Source of the DNA: Chromera velia
Taxonomy: Eukaryota
Assembly (NCBI GenBank): GCA_018398765.1
Contig: JAHBMJ010000398.1
Coordinates: 1 to 48,787 of the forward strand
DNA length: 48,787 nucleotides
Direction of reading: 5' to 3'
A program made the position numbers and the translations under genes. Within the stretch, counting starts at the first letter, position 1, and every line of letters starts with the position of its first letter. The notes below the pieces were generated by a model. The model was not told where the DNA came from. It did not search any database and saw nothing but the letters and a program-made list of their open reading frames with translations. Below are positions 35,799 through 47,429 of this stretch, piece after piece.

Positions 35799-38700
35799 AT
35801 GAGTAGACCCCTGGTGAGGGCCCCACGGTTGTGCTCACCGCTCCTTCCAGGCATTTACGCCCGCCAATGCCGCCGTCTCTCTTCCTCTTCGTCCGGTGCC
35901 GTGGCGGTCACCGCACAGGAGCGAGGGGGGCACGCAATGACTTCGGACGGAGCGGCTGCTTCTACCCCACCTGCAGACCTCCGGAGGGGAAGCAGGCGCC
36001 GGCCCTTCTACCAGCCGTCGGAGACTCTCCACCTCAACCGCCGCATGGGTCACGGGGTCCAGTACGCTTTCCTGAGGGACGCCTTGAGAAAGGTCTCCCC
36101 CCAGAAGGAGGCCGCAATTCGGAGAGGAAACATGCGGAAGATCCTCAGCAGACGCTCAGACTTAGTCGAGATACCCGCAGCGATGGAGGGAGACGGCGCG
36201 GTCTCTTCGTCGCCGTCTCCTGAAATGTCCTCGTCCCCCTTGCAGGAACGGCAGCAGCAGCGCAGTCTGGCAAGGGCACGAATGCATGTTCTGAATAACA
36301 AGCGCATGCGAATCAACAGGATTCGCACACGCCCCACGGTCTCCCTGCCCCGCAAGCACTGGTTGTTCATTGCCAACGGCCCCCCCTTGCAGTTAGAGGA
36401 CTTATCTGCCCAGTCGCCCTCAATCTTCGAGGAAGACACGGGGAAGTTGGAAGAGAAAATTGAGGAATTGAAGAGACGAAGGGGCCTCAAAGCAGACCCC
36501 TTCGATGAGACGAAACCGTTTTGGCAGAGACGCTCTTTGGAGAGAAACGTCAAATGGGAACTGCCGGAACCTTCCGACGCTCCCGAGGGTAGTGAGGGGG
36601 CTGGAGGGAAAGAAGAAGGAGCTGCAGAGTTGAGTGATGTCCGTTTGATTTCCCCCGAGAGAAGTGTTCTGATTGCAGGCAGAGACGGTTCTTCTTCTGC
36701 CCTTAGGGTGCCTGTCTTCCACCGCCAGGAGACGGCGTCTCTTCCTCTGAAGGGAGATAGAGCCGGTCGCACGGACCTCCGCACTTCCACAGAAGAGGAA
36801 GAAGGGGAAGAAGCCCACACAGACAGTATGGGGCACCTGCCAGATTCGTCCTTCCCGTCTCTTCCGGGAGGTGCCCCCTCGTTCCCCTCAATGCCGTCTC
36901 CTGAGGCTTCGACCTCTGCGTCAAGCAGAAGAACCATGACGCACGCAGGAAGATACAGAGACGAGGGGGAGCACAGGGCGGGTCGGCGTGTGGTTGGACG
37001 TGCTCGCAGTCTTCTCCGCTTGGAGTCGCGTCTGAAGGCAAAGGACAAAGCGACTGAGGAGGCCTTGCAGCCCGGTGCCTGCATTCAGGCGTTGATGCAG
37101 GGGGATTCCGCGGACGGGGGGAGAGAAGAGGAGAAAGATCCGAGGACCGGGGAGGGACAGGAGGAAAAGGGTGAAGAAGATCAGCACGATTGGCAGAGGC
37201 AGAGTCAGAGTGAACAGACAACGCGAAAGAGGCAAACACAAGATGTCCATATGTTCGGTTGGTCCTCTTCCTCTTGTTCATTCTCTCTCGACTTTTAGCG
37301 TTCCATGTTCAGGGCGCTCTGCTGCTGTTTCTGTCCCTCCTCCAACTTATTTGCATTCTCGCTCTCTGTGCTGCTTCCGGCTTGGTTGTTAAAGGATCCT
37401 GAAGCAGTACCCGAAATCAGTTTTTCTCTTACTTTCTTATTTACACACCGCTTTCTTTCATTCCCCTCTCTCCGGCAAGAGAGCTAGCTATGTGAGTTAT
37501 TCTGAGAAGCAAGTCACCGTTATCTTAGTCTTCTGTCTCTCTGTCTCCCTCCGCAGATTCCGGGACGAACTTGATCAGGACGTTAAAGGAGAAGGCGCTC
37601 GCATTCGAACAGACAGGTGGGTGGACCCACACACTTTAAGGAGGCTGTTGTCTTTCTTTTTGGTTTGTGATCTGCAAGTGAACGAAAATTGGAGGATCTG
37701 CGGCGGTCTGTCTGTCAGTTGCCTCTTCTCTCGAGGCTTGATTGACCGTTTTGTCTGTCAGTCGTTTCTCTAGCCTTTCTCTTCTCTTGCTACCCCCTTG
37801 TTTCCTCTTTTCAGGCGTAAATCCAGACTTGATGGACAATATCGCGGACGCTCTTCGGTACTATCCTGGCATAGAGAGACAACAGAGGAGGGCAGAGGTG
37901 AGCAGAATGAATGAACCCTTTCCAGCAATGATGCAAAGAAAGAAAGGTTGCAGACTCATTCGATATTCTGGCTAATTTGGGCCTCAGGTGTTGAGTTCTT
38001 GCAACCACCCTGTTCGTATCCTCAGGTGTTGAGAAGAGACAGAAAGCAGAGGTGCAGGTACAGGATTTCCTTTTTGTTCGGGCATGATCGGATTTTCTTG
38101 GCTCCCGTTTTTTCTTCTCTTGTCTCTCCCTGTAGCTTTGTCTGTCGTTATTGCTCTTTTTTCACTTCCCTTTTCCCCTTGAATTATCGTCCGGTCATTT
38201 GATTGTGTCGTGAAGGTTTATCCACCCACCCCCTTGGCTCCCTTTTCTGCGTTACTCTCTTTCTCTCTCTCTTGCTTTCTTTGTCTGTCTGTGTGTCTGT
38301 CTGTGTGTGTGTGTGTGACTGACTGACTGAGGGAAGGCAGATGCAGCAGTTCGAGAAGAGTGTGGAGGAGGTGATCCAAGAAGGCCTAGGGTCGACAGAG
38401 AACTTCAATCAGATGATCAAGGCGAGGGGACTCCAGGGAAGGTTCGACGACGCCCTGCAGATATTTGACAAAATGAGGGACCTCGGATTTCAGGCAAACG
38501 GGGACTCCTACGTGGCACTCATGCAGGTAGGTCTGTTTGCAGGAAGTTCTGTTGGTCTGACAGGCAGACATTGCATGAAGGGCAGTTGGGGTCCTCGTGG
38601 GCTTCCATCATGTCTCACTGCTGTTCATGGAAAGAAGATCAACCCAGCTAGGGGAATTTTCACTTCTTGCGGATCCTCCCCTGCTGACGCTCCTGTTCAC

Positions 38701-40286
38701 TCGAGCCTGTGTGGTGTGAGAAGGTGGTGTTTTCGTTTGTACAACTCGGCAGAAAGAGACTTCGTTGCATCTGAAGTACACACACTTTGTGGTCAGGAGA
38801 TGTTTCACATTGGACGCAAAGTTCCGAGGACCATAAGCTCTCCAAGTAGTCATACACAGCAATTGGGAACCAACGCTTGTCTGTCTGTCCGTCTGTCAAA
38901 TTGCCTGCAGGCAGCCGCAGTGAAGAAAGACGCCAGCGCCGCGCGTCTGCTCTTTCTGAGAATGCGGTCGGAAATGTTGGAGGCGACTCCGAAAGTCTAC
39001 GGGGCCCTGATCAAGGCACATGTTGCGGAGGGAGATCTGAAGTAAGTGTGGGGCCGACTCTGATGGCCTTTTCTAATCACTTCACTCATGCTTTGCTGCA
39101 AATTGTTCTTGAGATTTTCAAGAAACCAAAGACAACGTCCACACAAGAGGAGCTCCCCTACAGCGCTATGACATTGTTTTCTGATTCTTGTCGACCACTT
39201 TCTTTTTCCGTCTCTGTGGACCTGCCTCTGTAGTCAGTGCACCCGCCTGGCTGGCGTTCTGCATTGTCGGCGTTTCGTACAACGTTTCGACAGATGTGTC
39301 TGAACCGAGTGACTGTCTTTTGTCCCCCCCTTTTCTCTTCCGTCCGTGTGCAGTGCGGCGTTCTCCCTCCTCAGGAAAATGGAGGACGAGGGTCTGCAAG
39401 GGGACGTGATCATCTACACTACACTCATTGACGGATGTGTAAGTGCGGGAGTTGGATGCAATTGTATTCTCTGTGTCTCTCTCTGTCTGCATGCACGAGA
39501 AGTGCTCTTGCCGTTCTTGTTGTTTCTTTTGTTTCGATTGGGTAATCCTGACGATGAGATGGAGAGGCAACTACAAACTTGCTTTTCTCGCGAAAAGGGA
39601 CACCCATTTCTTCGTATGTTGCTCATTTCCGCGATCATACACAAATCTTCGGCTGAGCGCACATGAGGACTCTCCACATGCACCCACGACAGATTTGCCG
39701 ATAGAAAGAGACGGACACAGAGACAATTCCGTGTGTTCACAAAGCTTGCCAGGTGGAGAAACTTCACATCCAGTTTCCATGTGTTCTTTCGTTGGATCAA
39801 ACGACGGGAAGACAGCTGCAACTGGTCCTCGTTGTGGGTGCACAAGAGGCCAAAAATTGCTTTAGAAAAGACTGGGAAGGCCTCATTGTCTAGACAGTCA
39901 CTGCAATGCTGCTGCTTATCCTCCCCACGCTTCTTCGCCTCCGATTCCCATGCAGGTGAAACGCAACAAATTGAAGAAAGCCTGGCAGACCTTCCATGAC
40001 GCACGCACGTGGAAGAACATCGAGCCCGACGAGGTGCTCTTCACTGTGATGATCAAGGCAGCAGCAAAGAGGGCAGAGGCAGAGAAGGCATTGAACATGT
40101 ACGATGACATGAGAGCCAGTGGAAAGGCCCCGACAGACGTCACGTGAGTGAGACTGTTCCTTCCGTACGTTTGTTTCTTGTTCCTCCTGCATGTCCGAGT
40201 GGAGGCAGGCAAGTGGCGCTCCGACGGAGGGAGGGAGTCAGCGTCTGCGGTGACTCTCTCCCTCCCTCCCCCTCGCCCCCTTTCTT

Positions 40287-40327
<41 letters not shown>

Positions 40328-40328
40328 G

Positions 40329-40366
<38 letters not shown>

Positions 40367-43300
40367 ACACACTTTTGCGATCCTTGCTTCCCTTTTCCCT
40401 CTCACCCCTCTCCTTCAATTCGCGTTGTACCCCTGAGAGGTTCCTTCCACTGCTATTCTCCCGGCCTCTCTGTGAAGGTACACGGAGTTGATACACGCAT
40501 GTGCGAGACGGCCGGACTATTTGAGGCGGGCGTTCGACTTCTACAACCAGATGATAGCAGAAGATATGCCTCTGACCGAGCAAGTCAGCTGATCTTCCTT
40601 CCGGCCTTTCTTTCTTGTCTGTTCTTTCTCTTCCTTCCTTCCTTCCTTCCTTCCTTCCTTTCTCCCATGCGGATGCCTTTTCTTGGCTTACTGCTTATGC
40701 CAATCTTTGTGTTGCTCTTATTCATCCGTTTTGTTTGTTCGGTTTGCTTTTGGTTTTTCTTTCGTTGTTCAATTATTGCTTGCTTGTAGGCCCCGCCCCC
40801 CTCAAGCCTGCCTGTGTGTGAAGATACAGTCAGTCCCTAGCTAGCTTGCGTGTGTGCAGGTGTTCAATCATCTTCTCTCGGCATGTGGTGTCGCGGGGAA
40901 CGTGAAGAAAGCGAAGGAAGTCGTGAAGGAAATGGTTAGTCAGTCAGTCAGTCAGAACGACAAAGTGCCTGCATGCAGGCGCACAAACTGGCAGGCAGGG
41001 AGACAGGCGGACAGACTTACAGATGTGTGCTCGAGCATCGCATCGGGTAGTGATGGAATCAAATGTTGACTCACTGTGTCGAGTTGTGCCAGACAGACTT
41101 CGCCGCTAGTTCGAATGTCTCTTTTGAATGTCCAACCGAGGCGAGGCTGTCTCCAAATGTAATCACGGGCTTGGGGCTGTGAAAGAACAGCTGGATCATG
41201 TAGAGACCCAAGTGCTGATTCGGTCTCAATGGTCATGAATAAATTCCTCTCTGACGATTCTTCCAAAGATTCTAACATAGCTTTCACTTCTCCCTCCTCT
41301 TATGTATGCAGGGACGTCGGCAGATCCCCCTCTCCTCTCCCATGTACGTGTCCTTGATTTCCGTCTTTGCCTCGGCCATGAGACTGCCGGGAGTAAACGA
41401 TCATGAGCGGCTCTGCAATATTCGGTCGGTGCATGGGTCTGCCATTCGGTGGGGTGGGAAGTGGCTTAGTTCGACATGAGTCCCCTCCATGTGAGGATCA
41501 TTCTCCTTCCTTCCGTACGCGTTGATGAGTGCGAAAAGCTGAGGACAGGCCATCATTGTGTCTTTGTAACTGGAAGTGGTGATGTGAGTGGCAGTTCCTC
41601 GAAGATCATTTTCGCTTGGTACTTTCTTCAGATTGACTGAGTGACTCGCTAACTGCTCTCATGAACATCACGATTGTCACTTTTCTTCTGTACGTGCAGC
41701 TATGCGTGGCACGTCATGAGAGACGCCCAGCAGAAAGGCGTTCCTCTGAAAGCGAAACATCTGAACGCGGTGATGCGTGTGTACATCCAGGGGGGGTTCT
41801 CCCAGTATGCTGTGGACATGCTACGAGAGTATCACCGATTTGGAATCGATCCAGACGGGGGCGCCTACCATCAGTTGTTGGTCATGTTGGGGGAGGACCT
41901 GAAGGACCCCGGCAGATTCTTCGCTTTGTGGGAATACATGAGAATGAACACAAAAGTGAAACCGTCAATTCCCCTCATGCAACTTGCACTGAAGACGGCC
42001 ATCTCATCCAGGTAGGTCGGTTTGTCTTTTGTGTCCTCCTGTATTTCCTGTCCCAGCTTGGCATTTTTCTCTTCCTGGTCTTTTCGCGGTCCGACGAAGA
42101 AGAGCTGAGAAATACAGAAAGAAAAGACTCGACGTCTATTCTCAAAACGAAGCCTTGTCATCCCTCTCTCTCTCTCTTGTGATACATCCCCTCAATTCCT
42201 TCTCTCCCCGCAGGAGTGCGAGCCTGACCGTGCGGACACTCCGAGAGATGTATGAGGCCAAGGTGATGCCCAGTCCGGAGCTTGTGGACACTCTCGCGAG
42301 GGTTGGGCGAAGAATTAGTGAGATACACCGACTTGTGGCGGCCTTCGTACAGCTCGAGAAGACAGAAACTTTCCTGAAGGCCAAGAAAGAGACCGCCCTG
42401 GTTCAAGCCAAACTGGACGAGCACGAGCTCAGGCTCTCTGCAGTCAGTGTGTGAGATAGTAGTAGAATCACGGTTTGTCAAATCACATGTGCCTTCACAT
42501 TGATGAGAAGAAAAATAATTGCTCCAAGGTCTTCTGTGAGCAGTCGTGCTCCCTTGCAAGTCGTCTTTTTTGGTTGTCGCAATGCAGGGGAAGGCGAAAC
42601 TTGTGGTTCTATTGAAGTGGCTCCCATTTCAATGGACGTGTTTTGCTTACAGCAGCTTGCCCCATGTGCAGACAGAGCCTCGTTTTCTTTTTGTACCCTT
42701 TCTGGGCGCCTCCTCTTGAGCCTTCTTCTGGTAATGGTGTTTTTTATGTTGTGTGTGTATCTGTGTGTGTGGGTGTGTGTGTGTGTGTGTGTGAGTGTGT
42801 GTGTGTGTGTGTCTGACTCCGCGCGAAATGGCTGGTAATTCATTCGGGATGTCTGAGCGGGAGAAGGCGGTGGAGAGTGAATGAAGTCGACGCAGTCAAA
42901 GAGAGAGAAGAAACTGAGGCGCCGAGAGATAAACAGTCACTCGTGCACGCAGATGCAGGGGCAAGATAGAAAGGTCTTTTCGCAATGCTCTGCGCATGAA
43001 TGCTTCGGTTTTAGTGTACGTGAACATTGAACTCCTTTCCTTCCTGTCCTGCAGGAAGGGAAGACCAGCAAAAGCTGGAGCGAGGAAGAGAAGATCAGGG
43101 AGAAACACTTCGACAATAAGCGAAAGATTTTCGGGAAACCCAGGTGAGAGAAGGAAGGGAAGATGTGCTCCTGGCACTCGTACGGAGGAAGCGCAGACGA
43201 CCAACTGAACTGGTTTTTTTGTACGTTTTCCGGGGGAATGCATGTACGGGAATCGAATCAGCTGCATGACGAAAACTGTGTTCCATGCATCAAAGCTTGA

Positions 43301-43767
43301 GCCTACTTCGGCCGGACTTTCGACGAATCCTCTCGCTGTCTCTGGAGATCTCTTCTTCTGCCCTGCTCACCGTATCTCTCCGTGTCTTACCCTCGCAGTT
43401 CTTCCCCATCTTTCCCCTGTCTATTTTTCCGGAGTCCGTCCGCATTCTGGCAACGGGAGGGCCCACAGGACTTTCTGGCAACGGGTGTGCGTATTTTTGT
43501 GTTTGCACCTCTAACTTGATGGATCAGGTCTTTCTCTTTTTGCGGCACTTTTTTTTGTCTGCGCCGCTTGCTTGCTTGTGTTCCATGTTACCCTGAAAAC
43601 TTGAATTCGCCTCGTTTAGCTCTCGACGCCAATCGCTCATCGCTCTGACGTGTGTTTTATGATTGTGCAGACTGCCACGAGGAGAATATCGAGACTTGCA
43701 GAAAAAGGGAGGAGAGCCCTGGGCAAAAAAGGTTGACAGACCAAAACCAATGCTATTGCAGCCATAA
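35799..43767 (+). CDS. Pentatricopeptide-repeat (PPR) protein, probably mitochondrial, alveolate type
   Basis: The R/S-rich presequence-like N-terminus reads MSRPLVRAPRLCSPLLPGIYARQCRRLSSSS. Spliced exons give consecutive 35-aa PPR motifs: FNQMIKARGLQGRFDDALQIFDKMRDLGFQAN, YGALIKAHVAEGDLNAAFSLLRKMEDEGLQGD, YTTLIDGC|VKRNKLKKAWQTF, PDEVLFTVMIKAAAKRAEAEKALNMYDDMRASGKAPTDVT|YTELIHACARR, FNHLLSACGVAGNVKKA. Last exon 43671-43767: RLPRGEYRDLQKKGGEPWAKKVDRPKPMLLQP*. Confidence 0.93.
40283..40365. repeat. Compound (TC)n/(CA)n microsatellite in a PPR intron
   Basis: Seen directly in the sequence. Confidence 0.9.
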
Positions 43768-44362
43768 GCACTGGCTGCTGCCCGTGACTGGCAAACAGAG
43801 AGGAAAAGTGCGTCAACACGGATAATCGCCTTGATATTACACTGCATAGTGAACGACGAAAACGTCTGATCGTTTTGCACCTGTAAATGCCCCATAATCT
43901 CGCAATAAGTTTACCATTGAATGTAAGTGAATGATTTAATATGAATGTAAGGGCTCTTCTTTGGAAAGCAATTGTTTAAATTTGCCTAGAAATTCACACA
44001 ATAGAATCGAATAGATATAAAATGAATGACGACCAAGGTTTCTTTAAAATGAATGGCATGGTGTAGCCTATTCGGTACTATACTAGCCCAGTAGTACTGG
44101 GCATCCGTCTAGGCATCCGTTACGAAAAAATAATGAGTCTTCCACTTCACTATATTTGTTCATTTTTTTTATAAAACAACTATTGTTTTGAGGTGATGTC
44201 ATGTGATTTGGTAGTATGTGTAAGTCTAGTTGTTACTATTGTTTGATTATGTTTGATTGATCGAATTATTGATCGAATTTGAATATTGCACACGTCTTAT
44301 TAAAGTCTTTTGCAAGTTTTTGAACTGGTGTAAAGTGTTCAAGTTATTTGAAGTTGAAATGT

Positions 44363-44366
<4 letters not shown>

Positions 44367-44398
<32 letters not shown>
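44367..44398. repeat. (TA)n microsatellite in AT-rich intergenic DNA
   Basis: Seen directly in the sequence. Confidence 0.9.
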
Positions 44399-44400
<2 letters not shown>

Positions 44401-45234
44401 TGAAATAATTTTTTGATTTTTATTCTTTTTTAACCGGTGTAACTTCCCTGAAGCTTGCCGTGAAGCTATAACCACCACTTAAAAATTGAAGCCGCATTTT
44501 TGGATAATTTAAACTTAACTAGAAATTTTAAAAGGCTGCGCCTGGTGCACCATAGGCGCGGACCTTTTAAGGCCTCTTAGGGTCCCTTAATTGTTGAGTG
44601 CATGAAGTGGCAGAGCTGCCTAAGACACTAGCTAGCTAATAGGACAGTTTTAAGGATAATTCTCTATACTCAGTTTATCGTAGCTGTTTGTTTCTATATA
44701 CGGATTGTCTCTGCATCTGAATCAATCTATATATATGTTCATACACGCTTGGCTGAGACGATCGACTGGTTTTAAGTGCTGCCAAACTGTCATTTTCAGG
44801 TGTTTTTACGTTTGTATCGATTGATTGCAGGGTTTTGTGCAAAAAAGTATTATAAAAAGGCTTAAAAAGGCTTAATTGAATTCAATATAAAGTACGTGGC
44901 TGCATAAACATTTGTATCACTGTCTTTGTCACATACAGACTTTGTGATTCCTTCCACTTTTATCATCCAAGTCAGCTGCGAAGCCGCAGTAGCTCATCCG
45001 TACACGGCCCACAGGTTTGTAGTCTAAATAAGGTGCTTTCACCTTCGTGGGTCCGTCACACTTCGGTTTGAAGACTGCCACCCCTATTCGGAAGTCTCTC
45101 TGCCTTCGTGGCCGGCTCTCTCTCTTTTATAGGGCGATGCTGTGTATTTTGCCTGCATCGCCTCTCACGGTCGGAAGCTCCAGCCGAAAGCTGCGAGTTG
45201 GCTCTCTTTAGGTCCCCTGCCGGTTCTGCTGGCT

Positions 45235-47352
45235 ATGTTTTTCATCAAGCCTCAGCGGCGCCTCTTCTCCTTCAAGACAGCATGCAATTCTCTTCTTCGC
45301 CGGGTTTCTCTTATACGTCTGTCTCTTCCTCCTCTGGATCTCTCGACAGGTTTCGTGGACAGTCGGGAGATGGCCTTCCGGCAGCCGAACATGGGGTTTA
45401 AGGGCTGCTACCTGTCCACAGCTCCGCAACAAGAGGTGAGTAGTGTGTCAGCTGTTGACCAGTGCCCTTTCTTTTTCTCTGCGTGTCTGAGCCCTGGCCT
45501 GTGTCTTTCTCCGTCCGTTTGTAAATCTGTTGCCTCCCAATCTCTTCCGCTGCGTGCAGGATCAGATGCCTCCTGACGCCTGTACATACATCGCCGCGAG
45601 TCCCGCACTGCCAGGTGGGTCTGCATGCCACTGCACCAAGTCTGGTGCTTCTCCCCTTTGTCTTCTGCTCGACCAGTTTTGTGGTTCACTGGTTCGGTTT
45701 GAGGCTGCTGTGATCTGCAGTCCGCGGTGTGCACTCCTTCTCGGTAGCTAGGCGTGCGCACTTCTTCTTGGCAGGTGCGCACTTCTTCTTGGCAGGTGCG
45801 CACTTCTTCTTGGCAAGTGCGCACTTCTTCTTGGCAGGTGCGCAGTTCCCTCTCGGCAGGTGTGTACTTCCCTCTCGGCAGGTGCGCACTTCTTCTCGGT
45901 AGGTGCGCACTTCTTCTCGGTAGGTGCGCACTTCTTCTTGGCAGGTGCACACTTCTGCTTGACAGGTGCGCACTTCTTCTTGGCAGGTGCGCGCCTTTTC
46001 GTGGCAGGTGCGCACTTCTTCTCGAAGGTGCGCACTTCTGCTTGACAGGTGCGCACTTCTTCTCGAAGGTGCGCACTTCTGCTTGACAGGTGCGCACTTC
46101 TTCCCCGCAGGGGCGCACTTCTCCCCCGCAGGTGCGCACTTCCCTCTCGGCAGGTGCGCACTTCTCCCCCGCAGGTGCGCACTTCCCTTTCAACAGGTGC
46201 GCACTTCTTGCCCGCAGGTGCGCACTTCTCCCCCGCAGGTGCGCACTTCCCCTCCGCAGGTGCGCACTTCCCTCTTGGCAGGTGTGCACTTCCCTCTCGG
46301 CAGGTGTGCACTTCCTTCTCGGCAGGTGTGCACTTCCCTCTTGGCAGGTGTGCACGTCTGCTCGGTAGCTGCATATTTCCACTCAGCTCTCGCAGTGCCG
46401 ACGGCTTCATGCCCCCGCGGCTGCAGGTGCGGAGGATGATCGCCTCACGGATTGGGGGGCTTTCGGTCGCTCTGGAGGCGGCAGCCGAGGGCGACTCGTG
46501 TCGGATTGGCGAGGTTCTCCCCCAGAAGGACCTGCAGAGGGTACGTCAGCGTCGTCTCCTTCCGCGCGCGCGTTCTGCACCCGCGCAGGCCTGTGGGCTC
46601 TAAATATGGAATCCGCATTCCGTCTCTCATTTACCTGCCTGCAGGTCTCAAGCAACATCTGGCTGGGCGTGATGGCTGCAAGCTGGAACTCGAATCGGAG
46701 CTGCAGAACTCGGTGAGTCGGCGTTTGCTTGCTCCCGCTTTCGCTGTTGGCCTGCGCTCTTTTTGCGGTCCACACGGTGCTTCTTCTCTCTGTGCAGCAC
46801 TTCCGCCGCGACGGTGTGAGAGGAGGCGAGCCGTTTGCGGAAGGTGCGGACACCGGCGTTGCTGCAGGTCGGTTTTTCTTTTGTTCGATCGGCAGTCGTC
46901 AAAGACTCCAGGTCCAGGTCCCTCCGTCGCCGGCATCGTCGATCCTTCGCTATTCTCATCTTGTCTCGTCATATTTGGTGTCGGCTCTCTGCCGTTCGTT
47001 CTTCTCTCCAACCAGCTGTCTCCGCCCTCGGTCGGTGTGCATCCTGTCGTTGCTGACTGCGTGCGTGCTGCAGAGTGGGCACTGTCGAACAAGACGAAGA
47101 ACCGGCTCGCTCACGCGTACAATGGGAACACCTCGAATAACAAAGTTTTGGACGACGCAAAGACGAAACTTCAACAGCCTCAGTCTCCCTCGGAGGACGA
47201 GCCACCGCCAGAGCCCTTTGCGTTTGAAAATCTTCCTGCAGACCGTGGCGATCCTCTCTGGGTGCAGATCGCGGCAATTTACGGTCTTTCTCTCCCTCAA
47301 GTGTCAGCGCTGAAGAACGCGCGCTGCCCCGTCCTAAGCTCCTCCCCTGCCG
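45235..47352 (+). CDS. 5' part of a lineage-specific multi-exon gene that probably continues beyond the window
   Basis: Frame-compatible GT-AG exons: 45235-45435, 45560-45614, 46427-46540, 46645-46712, a short exon (46896-46911 or 46798-46867), then 47074-47352. The last reads EWALSNKTKNRLAHAYNG..FAFENLPADRGDPLWVQIAAIYGLSLPQVSALKNARCP and ends at a g|gtcagc donor. Confidence 0.55.
45727..46358. repeat. 21-22-bp minisatellite (core CAGGTGCGCACTTC plus a variable 7-8 nt pyrimidine-rich linker, ~28 copies), intronic
   Basis: Units are seen directly, e.g. ggcaggtgcgcacttcttctt, gacaggtgcgcacttctgctt, cgcaggtgcgcacttctcccc. The array lies between the donor at 45615 and the acceptor at 46426. Confidence 0.95.
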
Positions 47353-47429
47353 GTCAGCCAATATGTAGCGGTGTGCAACTGTGTGCTTACAGTTGGTGAA
47401 CCGGCTCGATCTCTTCGTGCGCGTTGTTC

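Noticed and set aside
45727..46358. CRISPR-like array
   Set aside because: The 'spacers' are only 7-8 nt and related to each other, there are no cas genes, and the context is a eukaryotic intron. The overlapping 110-324 aa ORFs are repeat artefacts.
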